Assembly: GCA_040390045.1 (NCBI GenBank)
Contig: JAZJZC010000001.1
Coordinates: 36,345 to 100,344 of the forward strand
Reading direction: 5' to 3'
Length of the DNA stretch: 64,000 nt
DNA from: Patescibacteria group bacterium
GTDB taxonomy: Bacteria > Patescibacteriota > Minisyncoccia > Phycocordibacterales > SIBU01
Positions 1-9,226 of this stretch are shown here, in pieces. The notes beneath the pieces were generated by a model. That model had not been told where the DNA came from. It searched no databases and saw only the letters and a list, made by a program, of their open reading frames with translations. Every line of letters begins with the position of its first letter. Within the stretch, counting starts at the first letter, position 1. Both the position numbers and the translations under genes were made by a program.

Positions 1-1722
1 TCGCGCAACGCGAGCCAACTCTGCTAAATCACTGTTTGACTTTGCTTCCTTGATCATCAGAGCGTTTTGAATATTTAAGGCGATGGATTTTTCATCCTTG
101 GTTTGAATTTCTTCTTGAAAAAACAAACTCTTACCTTTTCGAGCGCCCAAAGAGGCCGAAAGATGTGCGACCGTATTTAATTGCTGCCACGGCGCTAGTC
201 CAGCGGATTTATTAATAACTGCCACCCCAATTTTTCGCTCTTTTTTACCACCACCTTCTTCTTTCGGCTTTAACGTTGGGAACAAAATCACTTCCTTCAC
301 GTTTTTAACATCGGAAAATAACATCGCCAGTCGATCAATGCCAATGCCAATGCCACCGTTCGGCGGCATTCCATACTCCATAGCCTCCAAATATTCCTTA
401 TCAGATGGTGAAATATCTTTATCGCCTTTCCTACTTTTTTTATCTTGTTCCAAATATCTCTCGGCTTGATCAATCGGATTATTCAATTCTGAAAATGCGT
501 TTACGAGCTCAATACCGCCAGCAACAAGCTGGAAGCGATCAATCAATTCCGGTGTGTCCTCCTTTCTCTTGGCAAACGGATTAAAACTTAAAGGATAATC
601 AATAATGAACGTTGGCTGAACCAGTTTTGGGCGACAGGTTTTCTTATAAATAGCGTCCAGAATTTTTTCCATTGGCTCAACCCTATCAACATCCACTCCA
701 AGCTGATTGGCCTTAAGCAAAAGTTGTTCTCGAGTGATAGATTCCGGATTTTCGATCAAGGCAAAACGTCTGAGCAAATCATAAAAGGTAATCACGGCGA
801 AATCATTACCAAATTCTATTTTATTGCCATCATACAAAAACGAATCTGTATTAAAAAGTTTTTTAACTAAATATTTAAATAATTTTTCAATGAATTGCCT
901 TTGAGACAGCGCGTCCGCATAGGATTCCTGTGATTCAAGCATCGTAAATTCAGGATTATGCGTCGCGTCAATCCCTTCATTTCGAAATTTCCTACCAATT
1001 TCATAGACTTTATTAAAACCACCGACTACGAGCTTTTTAAGATAGAGCTCCTGAGCAATAGTGAGGTTGAAATCGATACCAAGCGCGTTGTGATGCGTCA
1101 CGAAAGGCCGTGCGGTTGCGCCACCAGCTAAGGTCTGCAAGCGTGGAGTTTCTACTTCAATATAGCCATCGGCATTGTAGAATGAGCGAATTTCAGTAAC
1201 CAGTTTTGATCGCAACACAAAGCGATCTTTCACTTCAGACGACATCAGCAGATCGAGATATCGGCGGCGAAATCTCTCTTCGACATCCTGCAATCCATGC
1301 CATTTTTCTGGAAGCGGACGGAGGCTTTTAGCAAGCATCGTCCAACTTTTTACTTCAACCGTTTTTTCGTTTCTTTTAGTAAGAAACAACGATCCAGAAA
1401 CCGCAACAAAATCCCCGATATCAACAGTCGAGGAAAAAAGATCGAATACGTCAGAATTTACTAAGTCTTTTTTGATCAGTGCCTGAAAATGGGCAGTACC
1501 GTCATCGAGCGTAATAAACACCAACCCGCCCTGTGGACGCAGTGAAATAATTCTACCGACGACAGAGACGTCGTCTTTGCCCTCTAACTTTTCGAATTTT
1601 TCTGCAACTTCCGCGAGACTATAATCTCTTTTGGTTTTAATAGGATAGGCATTGATCCCCTTCTCATTTAAAATTTTGAGCTTTTCTAATCGGGTATTTC
1701 GAATTTCTTCAATGGAGGCCAT
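1..1722 (-). CDS. lysS: Lysyl-tRNA synthetase (class II), 5' end complete, C-terminus runs off the window start. It carries a C-terminal extension beyond the canonical LysS end of >100 aa
   Basis: Start codon is the RC ATG at 1720-1722 (MASIEEIRNTRLEKL...). Class II LysS core motifs are present. After ...EVILFPTLKP the frame stays open for more than 100 codons to position 1 (KERKIGVAVINKSAGLAPWQQLNTVAHLSASLG...), translated by hand. Confidence 0.85.
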   Translation of the reverse strand, partial: MASIEEIRNTRLEKLKILNEKGINAYPIKTKRDYSLAEVAEKFEKLEGKDDVSVVGRIISLRPQGGLVFITLDDGTAHFQALIKKDLVNSDVFDLFSSTVDIGDFVAVSGSLFLTKRNEKTVEVKSWTMLAKSLRPLPEKWHGLQDVEERFRRRYLDLLMSSEVKDRFVLRSKLVTEIRSFYNADGYIEVETPRLQTLAGGATARPFVTHHNALGIDFNLTIAQELYLKKLVVGGFNKVYEIGRKFRNEGIDATHNPEFTMLESQESYADALSQRQFIEKLFKYLVKKLFNTDSFLYDGNKIEFGNDFAVITFYDLLRRFALIENPESITREQLLLKANQLGVDVDRVEPMEKILDAIYKKTCRPKLVQPTFIIDYPLSFNPFAKRKEDTPELIDRFQLVAGGIELVNAFSELNNPIDQAERYLEQDKKSRKGDKDISPSDKEYLEAMEYGMPPNGGIGIGIDRLAMLFSDVKNVKEVILFPTLKPKEEGGGKKERKIGVAVINKSAGLAPWQQLNTVAHLSASLGARKGKSLFFQEEIQTKDEKSIALNIQNALMIKEAKSNSDLAELARVAR

Positions 1723-1844
1723 GTGTTTAAATTCGAAATCCGAATATCGAAATCCGAAACAATCCCTAAATCCAAAATTTCAATATTTAAAATTTTGTGC
1801 TTTTAATTTGTTTCGAATTTCGCGCTTCGAATTTCGTGCTTTGT

Positions 1845-2312
1845 CTATTCGAGTTCAGTTATTTTATATTCAACAACGCCAACCGGAGTGGTAACTTTAA
1901 ATTGATCCGACTTCTTTTTTCCGATCATGGCTGAACCGAGCGGAGAATGAATCGAGAGTTTTGATTCGGCCAAGTTGGCTTCCTCGGAACCAACAATTTT
2001 AAATTTTGATTTTGATTTGTCTTTCAATTTTTCAATGTGAACCACAGATCCAATGCCCACCACTTCACTGTGATGAATCGACATGATTTCGGCAGACTTC
2101 AACATCGCTTCCAAACGAAGAATTTGATCTTCAATGTTTGCCTGATTTTCGCGAGCTTCGTGGTACTCGGCGTTTTCAGAAAGATCTCCGAGAGATTTGG
2201 CGTATTCGAGACTTTCAGCGACTTCTTTTCTTTTTACCGTTTTGAGTTCTTCAAGTTTTTTGGTCAATTCTTCAAACTTCTCCTTGGTCAGATATTCTTT
2301 TTTGTCATCCAT
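1845..2312 (-). CDS. greA: Transcription elongation factor GreA
   Basis: MDDKKEYLTKEKFEELTKKLEEL...SENAEYHEARENQ...PLGSAMIGKK motif set typical of GreA. Start is placed at internal M27 of the track ORF. Confidence 0.85.
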   Translation of the reverse strand: MDDKKEYLTKEKFEELTKKLEELKTVKRKEVAESLEYAKSLGDLSENAEYHEARENQANIEDQILRLEAMLKSAEIMSIHHSEVVGIGSVVHIEKLKDKSKSKFKIVGSEEANLAESKLSIHSPLGSAMIGKKKSDQFKVTTPVGVVEYKITELE

Positions 2313-2390
2313 ACGTGTAAATTTTAATTGCAATAATAAAAAATTGTATACATTGTGACCCCCAAAGTCAATGCTGTTCGCAGTCTTCAA

Positions 2391-2530
2391 TACGAAAATA
2401 GGAAAGTGAGTACGAACATACGAAAAAATACAAAAACTTTTGCCTGCTCTCTACAATTTTCGTATCATTTCGTATTTTCGTTAGTCCGCGTTTCGTATGG
2501 AAGGGCGGAAAGCGAGGTATTTTCGTATGA
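2391..2530. repeat. Array of ATACGAA / TTCGTAT heptamer repeats with overall dyad symmetry (copy A), in the greA promoter region
   Basis: Seen directly: tacgaaaata...tacgaacatacgaaaaaatac on the left, ttttcgtatcatttcgtattttcg...tttcgtatgg...ttttcgtatg on the right. Same motif family as 30778-30835 and 39756-39862. Confidence 0.7.
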
Positions 2531-2540
2531 CAACTCAACA

Positions 2541-3572
2541 CTACGCAATAGAATAGACTCCATCCTTGGTCTTCTTGAAAAATTTAGGATTTTGCAAATT
2601 GACAATGATGGTGTTCTCTTTGACATACCTCTCCTTCATCACCTTATCGATAATTTGTTCTCGGTTGAGCGGTCCATTGCTCTCTAAAACCTTCCTGATG
2701 ACATCTTTGACAACTCCTGACATGTATCCCCATTCGGCGAGCGCGTAGAGGCCTCGGCCAACGAGTACAAATCGAGGATCTTTGATGAGTTCGTTGTGGG
2801 TAGTGGCAATATGAGCTTTCTTACCGAAAAGTTTTTCAATCGACTTTGCGACTTCTCTAAAGTGAATTGGAGAACCGTGTCGGCGAATGACCAAAAAGGC
2901 GTAATCGCGCATGCCTTTGGCGTGAATATTTGGAGAAGATTTAAGTCCCCATTCACCAAGCGGATTTTTACCAATAGTTTTTGAAAGTTCAAGCCAGCGC
3001 TTGATCACGTCATTCTTAGATTTATAGTCATCAGAAATATCTTCAACATGCGTGAGAAAGTGCGCAATAATATCGAGTTCAGAAACCAAATCTTTGTCAG
3101 AAAGATTTTTATAAAGTTTTTTCAAAGCGTCGTGAACTTTTTTGGCTAGTGAATCACTGACATGCCAGCGGTGTTTGAAATTTTCATCTTCTTTTTCGCG
3201 TTTAAATGGATCACCCAAAACCAAAAGCAACTGAATGTGATTTTGAGTGCTCTTGTCTTTGGCGACGTACTCAAGAAAATTTTCCTCGCTAATAATGCCA
3301 CCAAGCTTATGAAAAAGTGCTTCCAACTCGGAAAAAACGCCTTTTTCTTTTGCGTAGGACTCAGCTCGCTTGATGCTGTGAACGGCATAATTTTCAATCT
3401 GTCTGACTCGTTCGCGGGTGATACCATATTTCTTGCCGATGGCTTCTAGGGTCATCTTTTTGGAATCTTTGTCGAGTCCATAGCGACTGACAATCACATC
3501 CCGCGCGCGATCAGGCAAGATGGCGAGAAGCCTCTTGACCACTTGTTTTGGATTGAAAGTAATGACGTTCAT
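2541..3572 (-). CDS. Sigma-70 region-4 (HTH) domain protein with a C-terminal winged-helix-like domain, putative transcription factor
   Basis: N-terminal VIVSRYGLDKDSKKMTLEAIGKKYGITRERVRQIENYAV matches sigma-70 region 4. No sigma region 2 is present. Confidence 0.6.
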   Translation of the reverse strand: MNVITFNPKQVVKRLLAILPDRARDVIVSRYGLDKDSKKMTLEAIGKKYGITRERVRQIENYAVHSIKRAESYAKEKGVFSELEALFHKLGGIISEENFLEYVAKDKSTQNHIQLLLVLGDPFKREKEDENFKHRWHVSDSLAKKVHDALKKLYKNLSDKDLVSELDIIAHFLTHVEDISDDYKSKNDVIKRWLELSKTIGKNPLGEWGLKSSPNIHAKGMRDYAFLVIRRHGSPIHFREVAKSIEKLFGKKAHIATTHNELIKDPRFVLVGRGLYALAEWGYMSGVVKDVIRKVLESNGPLNREQIIDKVMKERYVKENTIIVNLQNPKFFKKTKDGVYSIA

Positions 3573-3669
3573 TGGTCTTCTGATTAATCTCTAAAAACCT
3601 AGTAATAAGTTCACTTTTTAATGATTCGCTTCAGTGTAAGTCATGTTTACCGTTTTGTCAAACATTAGG

Positions 3670-6600
3670 TTATACAACAACATTAAGTAACCTGCCTTTG
3701 ACGTAAATTAATTTTTTTATCGGCAATTCAGCAATCCATTTTTTAATTTCTGGTAAATTGAGCGCCAGCTCTTTCGCTTCTGCTTCAGTCAACTCAGTTT
3801 CGGTATTCAAGGTGGAACGCATTTTACCGTTAACCTGAATCACCAAAACTCCCCCACTTTTTGAGGCTAATTTGGAATCATACACAGGCCAGGAACTCAG
3901 GTGAATAGATTTTTTATTGCCCAACAGAGACCATAATTCATCAGTAATGTGCGGCGCAAACGGAGCCAAAAGTTGCAACAAAATTTCGTACTCTTTCCGG
4001 GAAACAGTTTCCGCTTTTTCAAATTCATTGAGCAAGACCATCATGGCGCTCACTGCGGTATTAAATCGCATCGCCTCGATGTCTTCGGAAACTTTTTTGA
4101 TAGTCTTATGCAACAGAGTAGATTCATGATTCACGATTTTAGATTCAGGATTTTCTTGATTCCTATTCTTGAATCGTGATTCTTGAATCGTGATTCTTTC
4201 CTTGAGCTTCCAGACTCGCTCAAGGAATCTCCTTGGTCCCACCATGCTTTCTGTAGACCACGCAATATGCTGATCGAAAGGTCCCATAAACATTTCGTAG
4301 AGACGCAAGGTGTCAGCGCCGAATGTTTTAATAAGCGTGTCAGGGTTAACAACGTTTCCCAACGATTTAGACATTTTTACTCCACCTTCACCCAAAATTA
4401 ATCCGTGTGATGTACGTTTCAAATACGGCTCACTTGTGGGAACCAGACCTAAGTCAAAAAGAAATTTATGCCAAAAACGTGAGTACAAAAGGTGCAAGGT
4501 TGTGTGTTCCATGCCACCGTTGTACCAATCAACCGGTGTCCAGTAATCAAGTGCGCTCTTATTTTTTAAATCAAAACTTTTACCTTTTTTTACGACGTAC
4601 GCGAGATAATACCAAGAAGATCCAGCCCAATTTGGCATGGTGTCTGTTTCGCGACGAGCTGGGCCTTTGCAAACCGGACACTTCACGTTGACCCACTTTG
4701 AAATACTAGCAAGTGGCGATTCGCCGGTATCAGTTGGCTTGTAATTTTTCACGTTCGGAAGTTTCAGCGGCAGATCTTTTTCAGCGAGTGGCACAATGCC
4801 ACATTTTTCACAATGAATGACAGGAATCGGTTCCCCCCAATATCGCTGTCTCGAAAATACCCAGTCACGGATTTTGTACTTTACAATTTTTTCAGCAAAA
4901 CCTTTTTCCTTGAGCCATTCGACAATTTTAGGACGCGCTTCTTTTGAAGTTAAGCCGTCAAAAGTTCCTGAGTTAAAAAGAATTCCCTCTCCCTCGTAGC
5001 AGGTCTCAAGAGTTTTAACTTTTTCAAACAAAACAGGATCACTTGGTTTAATGGAAACCTTGAGCGGGATTCCATATTTTTTTGCCATATCAAAATCTCG
5101 CTTATCATGGGCATCTGCAAATACCGCTCCGGTGCCATATTCTCCAAGCACAAAATCTGAAACCCAGACTGCCATACTTTCTAGGGTTGCGGGATTTATG
5201 GCTTCAATACCCTTCAATTGCACTCCTGTTTTATTTTCTTTATCAGTTCTCTCAATGTCGGTCTTTTTCTTTGAATTGGAAATAAATCGTTCGATTTCTT
5301 CGAGATTTTCGAAGCTCTTCGCTAACTTTTTAATAATCGGATGTTCTGGGGCAACAACAAGAAAAGTACCGGAAAAAATGGTATCGATGCGCGTTGTGAA
5401 AACATCAACCTCTGAAATTTCATTCTTGAATCCTGATTCTTGAATCTTGAATCGAATTTGAGCTCCTTCAGATTTTCCAATCCAATTCTTCTGTTGTAAT
5501 TTTATTTTTTCCAAATACTCGATCGGAGTGTGGCCAGCAAGCATCCTTGATACAAACTTTTCATGGAAAAGTGAGATCACTTTTTTGTAACGCACCTCGT
5601 CCGACTGATCAGACTTGAAAACGCCAGTCTGCGCATCTTTCAGAAAAGCTTCAGTAGGATAGCCGGGCCAATAATTTTTGGTCTGTTCGTCCTGCAAAAT
5701 ATAGTCACTCGGCACAACCTCCTCCACCATACTTCCCGCCTCATCGGTAAATGAAGTGGCATAGTGAAAATTAGCGGGAGAGCTTCCGCCGACTGTTTTT
5801 AAGAAATTCTTGAGAAATTCTATGACCTCTTCATCAGTGGCACGTTCACTGTTTGGATTAGCATGCTTTCGCATGTGGACCATAACACCGTTATTCTCTG
5901 GCCATTTTTCAATCCAGAAAATATTATCGGTGGCAATAGTGGGAAAGCCAGTTTTTTTGAAATAAAACTCAGACTTCATTCTGGCATTTTCCTTGAAATC
6001 ATCGCCCTCTATTAAACTAGAGTCGTCAACCGGTGGCACGTCATCGAGCGAAAGCAGTTCAATGCCGGCAACACCTGCGAGGCAGGTTTTTATCATTTTC
6101 ACCTTGGCCGGATTTCTGGTGCCAATCAAAATCTTTTTATTATCCAAGTCGCGATCAAGTCGGTCAGCGTACTTCGTAATGGCCAACATCCACTGTTCTT
6201 TTTCGCGTTTCTCAACGGGTGTGCCACAACGCTCACAACAACCGTCCACCACTTCCTCATTAGCAAGACCAATCTTGTCTTTCGGACACCAATTGATCGC
6301 CATCTTTTTTTTGTAGGCCAAACCCTTCTCGAGAAATTTCAAAAAAATCCATTGCGTCCATTTGTAATATTCCGGATCGGTGGTGTTGATTTCCCGCGAC
6401 CAATCAAAACTAAACCCCAACTCTTTAAGCTGACGTTGGAAATTTTCGGTGTTTTTTTTGGTCACAATCGCCGGATGAATCCCGGTTTTGATGGCGTAAT
6501 TTTCCGTCGGCAATCCGAACGCATCCCAACCGATTGGGTACAACACTTCAAAACCTTCCGCTCGACGCTTGCGAGCGATTACATCCATAGCAGTATTCGA

Positions 6601-6816
6601 GCGAATATGCCCGACATGCAAACCATCTCCAGACGGATAGGGAAATTCGATTAGACCGTAAAATTTCTTGGGCGCAGAACTTCGCGGAACAGACGCGGAA
6701 CCACGCGGAAATTTCTGATCCTTAGCTTGGTTGAGTTTATTTTTCTCCCAAATCTTTTGCCATTTTTTTTCAATTTTTAGATGGTTGTAGTCGTTCATTA
6801 CAGAAAATAATGCCAC
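3670..6816 (-). CDS. leuS: Leucyl-tRNA synthetase with an ~200-aa Ham1/ITPase-like domain inserted ahead of the NWIG/CP1 editing region
   Basis: HVGH-type HIGH motif (GLHVGHIRS), KMSKS, CP1 editing domain, anticodon-binding and C-terminal domains all present. The insertion is residues ~228-426, between ...ADRLDRDLDNK and ...QQKNWIGKSEG. E. coli LeuS has only ~13 aa there. Confidence 0.9.
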   Translation of the reverse strand: MALFSVMNDYNHLKIEKKWQKIWEKNKLNQAKDQKFPRGSASVPRSSAPKKFYGLIEFPYPSGDGLHVGHIRSNTAMDVIARKRRAEGFEVLYPIGWDAFGLPTENYAIKTGIHPAIVTKKNTENFQRQLKELGFSFDWSREINTTDPEYYKWTQWIFLKFLEKGLAYKKKMAINWCPKDKIGLANEEVVDGCCERCGTPVEKREKEQWMLAITKYADRLDRDLDNKKILIGTRNPAKVKMIKTCLAGVAGIELLSLDDVPPVDDSSLIEGDDFKENARMKSEFYFKKTGFPTIATDNIFWIEKWPENNGVMVHMRKHANPNSERATDEEVIEFLKNFLKTVGGSSPANFHYATSFTDEAGSMVEEVVPSDYILQDEQTKNYWPGYPTEAFLKDAQTGVFKSDQSDEVRYKKVISLFHEKFVSRMLAGHTPIEYLEKIKLQQKNWIGKSEGAQIRFKIQESGFKNEISEVDVFTTRIDTIFSGTFLVVAPEHPIIKKLAKSFENLEEIERFISNSKKKTDIERTDKENKTGVQLKGIEAINPATLESMAVWVSDFVLGEYGTGAVFADAHDKRDFDMAKKYGIPLKVSIKPSDPVLFEKVKTLETCYEGEGILFNSGTFDGLTSKEARPKIVEWLKEKGFAEKIVKYKIRDWVFSRQRYWGEPIPVIHCEKCGIVPLAEKDLPLKLPNVKNYKPTDTGESPLASISKWVNVKCPVCKGPARRETDTMPNWAGSSWYYLAYVVKKGKSFDLKNKSALDYWTPVDWYNGGMEHTTLHLLYSRFWHKFLFDLGLVPTSEPYLKRTSHGLILGEGGVKMSKSLGNVVNPDTLIKTFGADTLRLYEMFMGPFDQHIAWSTESMVGPRRFLERVWKLKERITIQESRFKNRNQENPESKIVNHESTLLHKTIKKVSEDIEAMRFNTAVSAMMVLLNEFEKAETVSRKEYEILLQLLAPFAPHITDELWSLLGNKKSIHLSSWPVYDSKLASKSGGVLVIQVNGKMRSTLNTETELTEAEAKELALNLPEIKKWIAELPIKKLIYVKGRLLNVVV
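5539..6135 (-). other. Ham1/RdgB (ITPase-fold)-like domain inserted in LeuS
   Basis: KILIGTRNPAKVK...GIELLSLDDV...DFKENARMKS...FPTIATDNIF aligns with the Ham1 motifs (ATGNxGK, FxENAxxKA, ADDSGL). The C-terminal half is divergent (NYWPGYP in place of GFGYDP). Confidence 0.5.
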
Positions 6817-6850
6817 AGATCAAAGCTTTTTACCATATTAACGCAATCTA

Positions 6851-6880
6851 TTGACAAACTCAGTATATGTGTGATATTCT
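6851..6880 (+). promoter_or_regulatory. Sigma-70-like promoter candidate (TTGACA-N18-TATTCT) upstream of the GC-rich gene at 7011
   Basis: -35 TTGACA at 6851-6856, -10 TATTCT at 6875-6880. Confidence 0.35.
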
Positions 6881-7010
6881 GCATCGCAGATACCTTGTTG
6901 TTTGTCATCTTAACCCTGGCAAAAACACTAAATCGCTCACGCGTTTAGTCCGTAGCAACAAAGACGCAAATGCATCTGAAATTGCTGGTGGGTATTGAAC
7001 ACTCGTTACA

Positions 7011-7457
7011 ATGAAAACACTCAAATCACTGCTGGTCTGGTCCGCCCTCATCACCACTCTTATGACCTTGCTCGGCCTGTTCTTCGTCGCTAGCAATGGT
7101 GACTACGAGCTCCGGGACGCGAACAACGCGCTTCTGGATTGGAAGGAGGTCGTCACCGGCGAGAGCCACTTTCGTGGCTACGAGATGCCGATCGGCATCG
7201 GCTCCGTCGCGGTAGACCAACTCGCTGGCGAGGCCTATCAGGCCAGTGCCTATGGTGCCAGTCGCGCCGGCAATGCCCTCGCGATCTACATCACCCCGGA
7301 CTTTGTCCCATTCACTTGTGGACTCGCGTGGCTTTGGACGGCATTTCTGGTCGTGGCCTACGTCGTCTGCTTATTCTGGCGAACATTTGGGATTGATTGC
7401 CTTGCCAAAATCAAATACTGGCAAATTGAAAGGATTCGCAAGGCCTCCGAACAGTAA
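7011..7457 (+). CDS. Hypothetical membrane protein, GC-rich (~60%) relative to the flanks
   Basis: Signal/TM-like N-terminus, second hydrophobic segment near the C-terminus. Strong compositional contrast with neighbours. Its own terminator follows. Confidence 0.6.
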   Translation: MKTLKSLLVWSALITTLMTLLGLFFVASNGDYELRDANNALLDWKEVVTGESHFRGYEMPIGIGSVAVDQLAGEAYQASAYGASRAGNALAIYITPDFVPFTCGLAWLWTAFLVVAYVVCLFWRTFGIDCLAKIKYWQIERIRKASEQ

Positions 7458-7472
7458 ATTCGGCAAAACCAC

Positions 7473-7516
7473 AGCGCTTCATTCGATCAAAATTCGGATG
7501 AAGCGCTTTTCTTTTT
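7473..7516 (+). terminator. Intrinsic terminator for the 7011-7457 gene
   Basis: agcgcttcat-[loop]-atgaagcgct hairpin followed by tttcttttt. Confidence 0.7.
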
Positions 7517-7530
7517 ACCTGAAAAAAGGA

Positions 7531-7558
7531 AAAAGGCTGTCACAAATTGACAGCCTTT
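7531..7558 (-). terminator. Intrinsic terminator (minus strand) for the 7741-8679 gene. Convergent with the preceding terminator
   Basis: aaggctgtc / gacagcctt hairpin. On the minus strand it is followed by tcctttttt. Confidence 0.6.
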
Positions 7559-7740
7559 GGAAAATAAAATTATTGGATGTACATCATGGCATAGGCCACA
7601 ACACAAACTAGCAGAGCCACTCCGACAGCCTTTGAGCTAAATCGGACTGACCTACACCTGCCAACTCTCGATCTTCTACTCATACCAGCCGACACAATAC
7701 CATATTTCGACTTGATTAGCAAACCGCCTGATCCCGCTCA

Positions 7741-8679
7741 CTAATAGACAGGTTTTGGTGTCGAATACGCCCTTGGATCAATCGTTCTTTCGAAACAGTA
7801 CTTGCCCACAGGATGAGTCCAGGTAGCGCCTCCGTATGGATATGGAGCGGCAACACTGGCATTTTTAGCATCGTTTGAGGCGTAATTGAAATCGGCGCAA
7901 AGGTTGTACGTCGTAGCGTTTTTCTTTTGATACTCGTAGGATTTGCCCGATTGCTGATCAACAGGCGGAGTGAAATAATTACCGGAAGTAGTGAGATCAG
8001 AAAATGAAGCTGGTAAAACTCCTTTCACTTGGTAGAAATACGTTACTTGAGAATCGATATTTTGCAGATCGCTGATTTTTGCGCTGTCATATTTGTAAAG
8101 TTTCTGCGTGCGTGGTGAACCTAAAACAGCAAATCCCCAAACGATTGAACCGATTACTAACACAGCTGCAATACCCAACCAAACTTTTTGAGACATAGGA
8201 TTCAACTTTCCGCGCAAATCTGAAATGTAATAGAAAAAGACTGCAAACGTGACTACGAGCACCGCCAAAACTTTGAGTACAAATCCAGTATTCAACTCCT
8301 GTCCGTCAATAAAGTAGTACAAAATGGTTACCAAATCCCCCGCCATCGCAATCCCTGCAACGAAAAGCGTAATGTAGGTAAGCCACTTGCGAAGGCCGAA
8401 AATTTTCCTATCTGGCTCAGTGGCGTAATCTTTCTCCAAAAACCACATCAGGAAAACGTAGAGCGGAAAGAAAATAACTAAGATTGAAACAGGCCAACTG
8501 ATTGATTGGCTACCGAAATAATAATAGCCGTAGGTAATTTGCGGATAGGCGGCGTTAATCACCGAAAACAAAAGGTTGAGAAGACTGATGACTACGGTAT
8601 AAAGCGCAACGATAGCTCCCAAATTGAGAAATAGATCTTTGGGACTGGTTCTAGGTTTAGTTTGTTGAATAGTGTCCAT
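7741..8679 (-). CDS. Polytopic membrane protein with a C-terminal extracytoplasmic domain (hypothetical)
   Basis: 312 aa with 5-6 hydrophobic helices, then a Tyr/Asn/Ser-rich C-terminal tail. Confidence 0.7.
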   Translation of the reverse strand: MDTIQQTKPRTSPKDLFLNLGAIVALYTVVISLLNLLFSVINAAYPQITYGYYYFGSQSISWPVSILVIFFPLYVFLMWFLEKDYATEPDRKIFGLRKWLTYITLFVAGIAMAGDLVTILYYFIDGQELNTGFVLKVLAVLVVTFAVFFYYISDLRGKLNPMSQKVWLGIAAVLVIGSIVWGFAVLGSPRTQKLYKYDSAKISDLQNIDSQVTYFYQVKGVLPASFSDLTTSGNYFTPPVDQQSGKSYEYQKKNATTYNLCADFNYASNDAKNASVAAPYPYGGATWTHPVGKYCFERTIDPRAYSTPKPVY

Positions 8680-9226
8680 AAAATTTGGTTAATTGATATA
8701 AGAACATTGTATCCCAAACCCGGCAAATACTCTAATATATTCCATCAATGAAAAACCACCGCGGGAAGGGGTGGTTTGAGAGACTTAAGGGTTTAAATGT
8801 ACCCACAAGGTACAGAAAAAGAAAAGGAGAGAAAGTACTACGGCCACTGCTACTACCAACCCCTCCGGAGAAGCCTTCGATTGGTGTATAGGCGGTGGTT
8901 TGTTTTTCCCGTGCGGGAACAAGGATGGGATGGAACTACTACTGTGCCATTCCCTTTGGACTCGATGGACCACAAGGTTATCCTTTCACATTTACTATCG
9001 CGAACAATAGCACGTAATTAAAAATAACAAAACAACTTGCATTTAAGTAATCTTTTGGTGTATTATCTAATCATCACCAACGGAAAAGATCACCCCACAA
9101 GGTTTCGTCCTTATGGGGCCTTTTCTTTTCTATTTTTCAAAATTAGATTTTAAACTCTACGACCCTACGATTCGCTTGGCTGGCTCATCTCAGGATCTTC
9201 GAGTTTAAATTTAACCTCTAACGAGA

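Noticed and set aside
3917-6654. Numerous 60-130-aa ORFs antisense to or out-of-frame with leuS (and likewise within uvrA, uvrB, clpB, topA and the surface protein gene)
   Set aside because: They are embedded in well-supported long genes with conserved motifs. Typical six-frame noise.
8680-9226. RNase P RNA, tmRNA or SRP RNA in the long intergenic region
   Set aside because: None of the universal motifs are present on either strand: GGAAAGUCCGGGCU / ACAGAANCCGGCUUA for RNase P, a tRNA-Ala-like acceptor plus tag ORF for tmRNA, or AGGAAGCAGC for SRP. It is kept only as an unassigned structured region.
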